From Nitrosospira multiformis ATCC 25196 (GTDB lineage Bacteria > Pseudomonadota > Gammaproteobacteria > Burkholderiales > Nitrosomonadaceae): DNA of 32,000 nt. Shown piece after piece: positions 29,570 to 32,000 of this stretch. The notes beneath the pieces were generated by a model that saw nothing but the letters and a program-made list of their open reading frames with translations, made no database searches and had not been told where the DNA came from. The DNA lies in contig NC_007614.1 of the NCBI RefSeq assembly GCF_000196355.1, positions 1,140,001-1,172,000 of the forward strand. Direction: 5' to 3'. The position numbers were made by a program, and so were the translations under genes. Positions within the stretch are counted from its first letter, which is position 1, and every line of letters starts with the position of its first letter.

Positions 29570-30175
29570 ATGAATAATATGCCCAGCAAAAAGTCAATCA
29601 TTTCTCTCGCGCTCGGATCTGCTTTCGCTGCAACGCTCGGTACTGCTTCCGTTGCTTCTGCGGCCGACAACCCCTTCGCCGCACAATCCCTTCAGAAAGG
29701 TTTCATGGTAGCGGACAGCCACTATGATAACAAAGGCGGATATGGTGACACCGGCGGATATGGCGACAGGAAGGATGGATATGGTGACACCGGCGGATAT
29801 GGCGACAGGAAGGACGCCTACGGTGGTGACAAGAAGTATGGAGAAGGCCGCTGCGGGATGTCCATGGCGGACACCGATAATGATGGCAGGGTAAGCAGGG
29901 AAGAGCACGCCCGCCACGCCGAAATGATGTTTAACAAGATGGATACCAACAAGGACGGGTATATCGATAAGGATGAGGCCAGCGCGATGAGGAAAAAATA
30001 TCGCGGCCATGGCCACGGTTCCCGACCCGGCGACCAATACGGTGGATCAGGTGACCAGTACCGTGGCGATCAGTACAACCGCGATGGGGGTGTCGATGTG
30101 CATCGTTACCGCGAATATGGTGCGGGCGAGACGGTTCCCCGTGATTTGCCCCATATGAGGCCCATGGGCGAGTAA
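29570..30175 (+). CDS. Secreted EF-hand protein with EGRCG motif and Gly/Tyr/Asp-rich tandem repeats
   Basis: Signal peptide MNNMPSKKSIISLALGSAFAATLGTASVASA; NPFAAQSLQKGFMVADSHYDNKGG; two GYGDTGGYGDRKD copies; EGRCGMSM; EF-hands DTDNDGRVSREEH and DTNKDGYIDKDEA. ATG 29570 (AGGAG upstream) preferred. Confidence 0.8.
   Translation: MNNMPSKKSIISLALGSAFAATLGTASVASAADNPFAAQSLQKGFMVADSHYDNKGGYGDTGGYGDRKDGYGDTGGYGDRKDAYGGDKKYGEGRCGMSMADTDNDGRVSREEHARHAEMMFNKMDTNKDGYIDKDEASAMRKKYRGHGHGSRPGDQYGGSGDQYRGDQYNRDGGVDVHRYREYGAGETVPRDLPHMRPMGE
29738..29815 (+). repeat. Tandem duplication of a 39-bp unit (2 copies)
   Basis: GGATATGGTGACACCGGCGGATATGGCGACAGGAAGGA(T/C) at 29738-29776 and 29777-29815; differs only at the last base; encodes GYGDTGGYGDRKD twice. 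Confidence 0.93.
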
Positions 30176-30205
30176 AACACCGTCCTCAGTGAGGACTCCA
30201 ATATT

Positions 30206-30235
30206 GTCGAGAACCGGTTTTGACCGGTTCTCGAC
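30206..30235. repeat. Perfect 12-bp inverted repeat with 6-nt loop
   Basis: GTCGAGAACCGG TTTTGA CCGGTTCTCGAC, 3' of the EF-hand CDS; lacks a T-tract on either strand. Confidence 0.8.
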
Positions 30236-30323
30236 AGGGCTGTCCTGTGGCGGAATCGTACGGCATCAGTGCTCAATATATTTCGAGCGGTTGCGGATTG
30301 GGATAGGGACGTGCGCACTGGTA

Positions 30324-31562
30324 TCAGCTTCGATACTCCGCGTTGATTTTTACATAATCGTAAGACAAATCGCAGGTCCAGACAGTGGCTGCAGCCTGCC
30401 CTCTATTCAGTGCGACGCGCACCGTAATTTCCGCTTGTTTCATCACCCGCTGTCCCTCTTTCTCCTCATAAGCAAAGGCTCTTCCCCCGTTTTCCGCAAC
30501 CAGTACATCGTCGAGATAAAGTTGCAGTTTGTTGATGTCAAGAGCTTCTATGCCTGCATAGCCGATGGCGGCCAGTATTCGCCCGAGATTGGGATCTGAA
30601 GCGAAGAACGCTGTCTTGATCAGGGGTGAGCGTGCAATCGCGTAAGCAACCTTGCGGCATTCCTCCACGGTTTTGCCACTTTCCACCTGGATTGTAATGA
30701 ACTTGGTCGCGCCTTCGCCGTCGCGTACGATTTTCTGAGCAAGTTCCACTGCGACACCGGTTATCGCATCTTGCAATTGCACGAACTCCCGGCTTTCCTT
30801 ATCCACGATAGGTGAATGAGCGGCGCATCCGGTGGCCATCAGAATGAATGCGTCATTGGTGGAGGTATCGCCGTCCACCGTGATGCAATTGAAGGAATGG
30901 GCGGCAGCGTGCCGGACCATGTGTTCCAGCAAGGGATTGCTAACGGCGGCATCGGTTGCGATAAAACCCAGCATTGTTGCCATATTCGGATGAATCATTC
31001 CCGAACCTTTGGCAATGCCGGTAATCGTCACGGTTGTACCATTGAGGGCAATCCGGCGGGACACTGCCTTCGGCACAATATCGGTTGTCATGATCGCCTC
31101 AGAGGCGGCGAACCAGTTATCGGCCGCAAGGTTGTTTATTGCCCGTGGCAACCCGGTGACAATTTTGGGCAGAGGCAATGGTTCCATGATCACGCCGGTT
31201 GAAAAAGGCAGTATCTGTTCGCTGGCACACCCGAGCAGCCGGGCAGTCTCGGCGCAGGTGGTACGGGCGTCTTCAATGCCTCTTTCGCCGGTGCCGGCGT
31301 TGGCGCACCCCGTATTGATGACAAGGGCACGAATAGAACTCTTTGAATCGAGGGTCGAAAGATGTTCCCGGGCGACTGTGACTGGCGCTGCGCAAAAATC
31401 ATTCTGTGTAAACACTCCCGCCACCGTCGCCCCGTCATCCAGAACGATGACCAGGAGGTCCTTGCGCCCTGGTTTCCTGATGTTGGCTTCCACTATGCCC
31501 AGGGTGACGCCCTTTATGGCCAGGAGTTGTTCGGGTGGAGCAGGTGTAAAGTTGACAGGCAT
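30324..31562 (-). CDS. argJ: Bifunctional glutamate N-acetyltransferase / amino-acid N-acetyltransferase ArgJ
   Basis: [34 protein letters not shown], self-processing region [17 protein letters not shown]-terminal [11 protein letters not shown]-like end. Start [13 protein letters not shown] at 31562 preferred over 31598. Confidence 0.95.
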   Translation of the reverse strand: MPVNFTPAPPEQLLAIKGVTLGIVEANIRKPGRKDLLVIVLDDGATVAGVFTQNDFCAAPVTVAREHLSTLDSKSSIRALVINTGCANAGTGERGIEDARTTCAETARLLGCASEQILPFSTGVIMEPLPLPKIVTGLPRAINNLAADNWFAASEAIMTTDIVPKAVSRRIALNGTTVTITGIAKGSGMIHPNMATMLGFIATDAAVSNPLLEHMVRHAAAHSFNCITVDGDTSTNDAFILMATGCAAHSPIVDKESREFVQLQDAITGVAVELAQKIVRDGEGATKFITIQVESGKTVEECRKVAYAIARSPLIKTAFFASDPNLGRILAAIGYAGIEALDINKLQLYLDDVLVAENGGRAFAYEEKEGQRVMKQAEITVRVALNRGQAAATVWTCDLSYDYVKINAEYRS

Positions 31563-31893
31563 AATAGATAGGCGAGGTAATGGGCGAATGAAGCGCAATC
31601 GATGCTTGGGTAAAAGAAGACAGTGGTATTATCGTCCACCCTGTTTTTTGAATCGGAAGAGTAGATTGTAGAAAAACGCAATCCTAACCCATCTTCAGGT
31701 TCTCCTCCATCTCATCTTTTCAGCCGCTGATAATGCCGAATAGCCCCGCATTACCCTGACGAGCAGGAAATTAGAATTTTTGCAACTGACAGAAATATTA
31801 TTAACGGCGAATGGCTCTCGTTCGCCGGGCCCCCGTTTTACCTGGCATGCCGCTTGATACGAGCAGGCCAGACAGGAATGAAGGAGAAGATGC

Positions 31894-32000
31894 ATGAATT
31901 ATGATAAAGAACTGGATGTGCGCGGATTGAACTGCCCGCTGCCCATATTGCGCACTAAAAAATCCCTTGTGGACATGATATCGGGCCAGGTGCTGAAAAT
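31894..32000 (+). CDS. TusA/SirA-like sulfurtransferase family protein, partial at window edge
   Basis: ATG at 31894 after GAAGGAGAAG: MNYDKELDVRGLNCPLPILRTKKSLVDMISGQVLKI, with the family CPxP motif. Confidence 0.87.
   Translation, partial: MNYDKELDVRGLNCPLPILRTKKSLVDMISGQVLK

Noticed and set aside
29428-29670. 80-aa minus-strand ORF overlapping the EF-hand gene start
   Set aside because: Antisense to the signal peptide region of a well-supported gene, no RBS or motif support.
1-32000. Search for CRISPR arrays, intact transposases, prophage genes or a modular biosynthetic cluster
   Set aside because: No regularly spaced direct repeats with unique spacers, no intact transposase or phage structural ORFs, and no multi-gene biosynthetic cluster were seen by eye; the only regular repeats are intragenic (HAF array, 39-bp duplication).

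Overview
This 32 kb window is from a Gram-negative chromosome. Gene content and order suggest a betaproteobacterium of the Nitrosospira/Nitrosomonas type; that is inference, no database search was run. Most of it is ordinary: a polyamine ABC transporter operon, ubiJ/ubiB with a Tim44-like gene, a UspA-acetate kinase-phosphoketolase cluster, the divergent ppsR/ppsA pair, an orphan histidine kinase, tRNA-Thr(TGU), sspB/sspA, petC/petB/petA, yacG, a Nudix/TMP-synthase fusion, a DUF815-type ATPase, argJ and the start of a TusA-like gene. I found no clear new defence or biosynthetic system. The parts most worth a second look are: (1) a compact decaying island at about 3.1-4.6 kb with a VapB/MazE-like antitoxin behind a perfect 12-bp inverted repeat, a PIN toxin whose first catalytic Asp is Tyr, an orphan DinJ/RelB-like ORF and a frameshifted serine resolvase remnant; (2) a 135-bp-unit HAF-repeat protein whose PEP-CTERM-like C-terminus sits out of frame just past the stop; (3) a secreted EF-hand protein with an EGRCG motif and a perfect 13-aa tandem duplication, lying on the opposite strand between argJ and its usual neighbours; (4) several small ORFs and hairpins absent from the ORF track.
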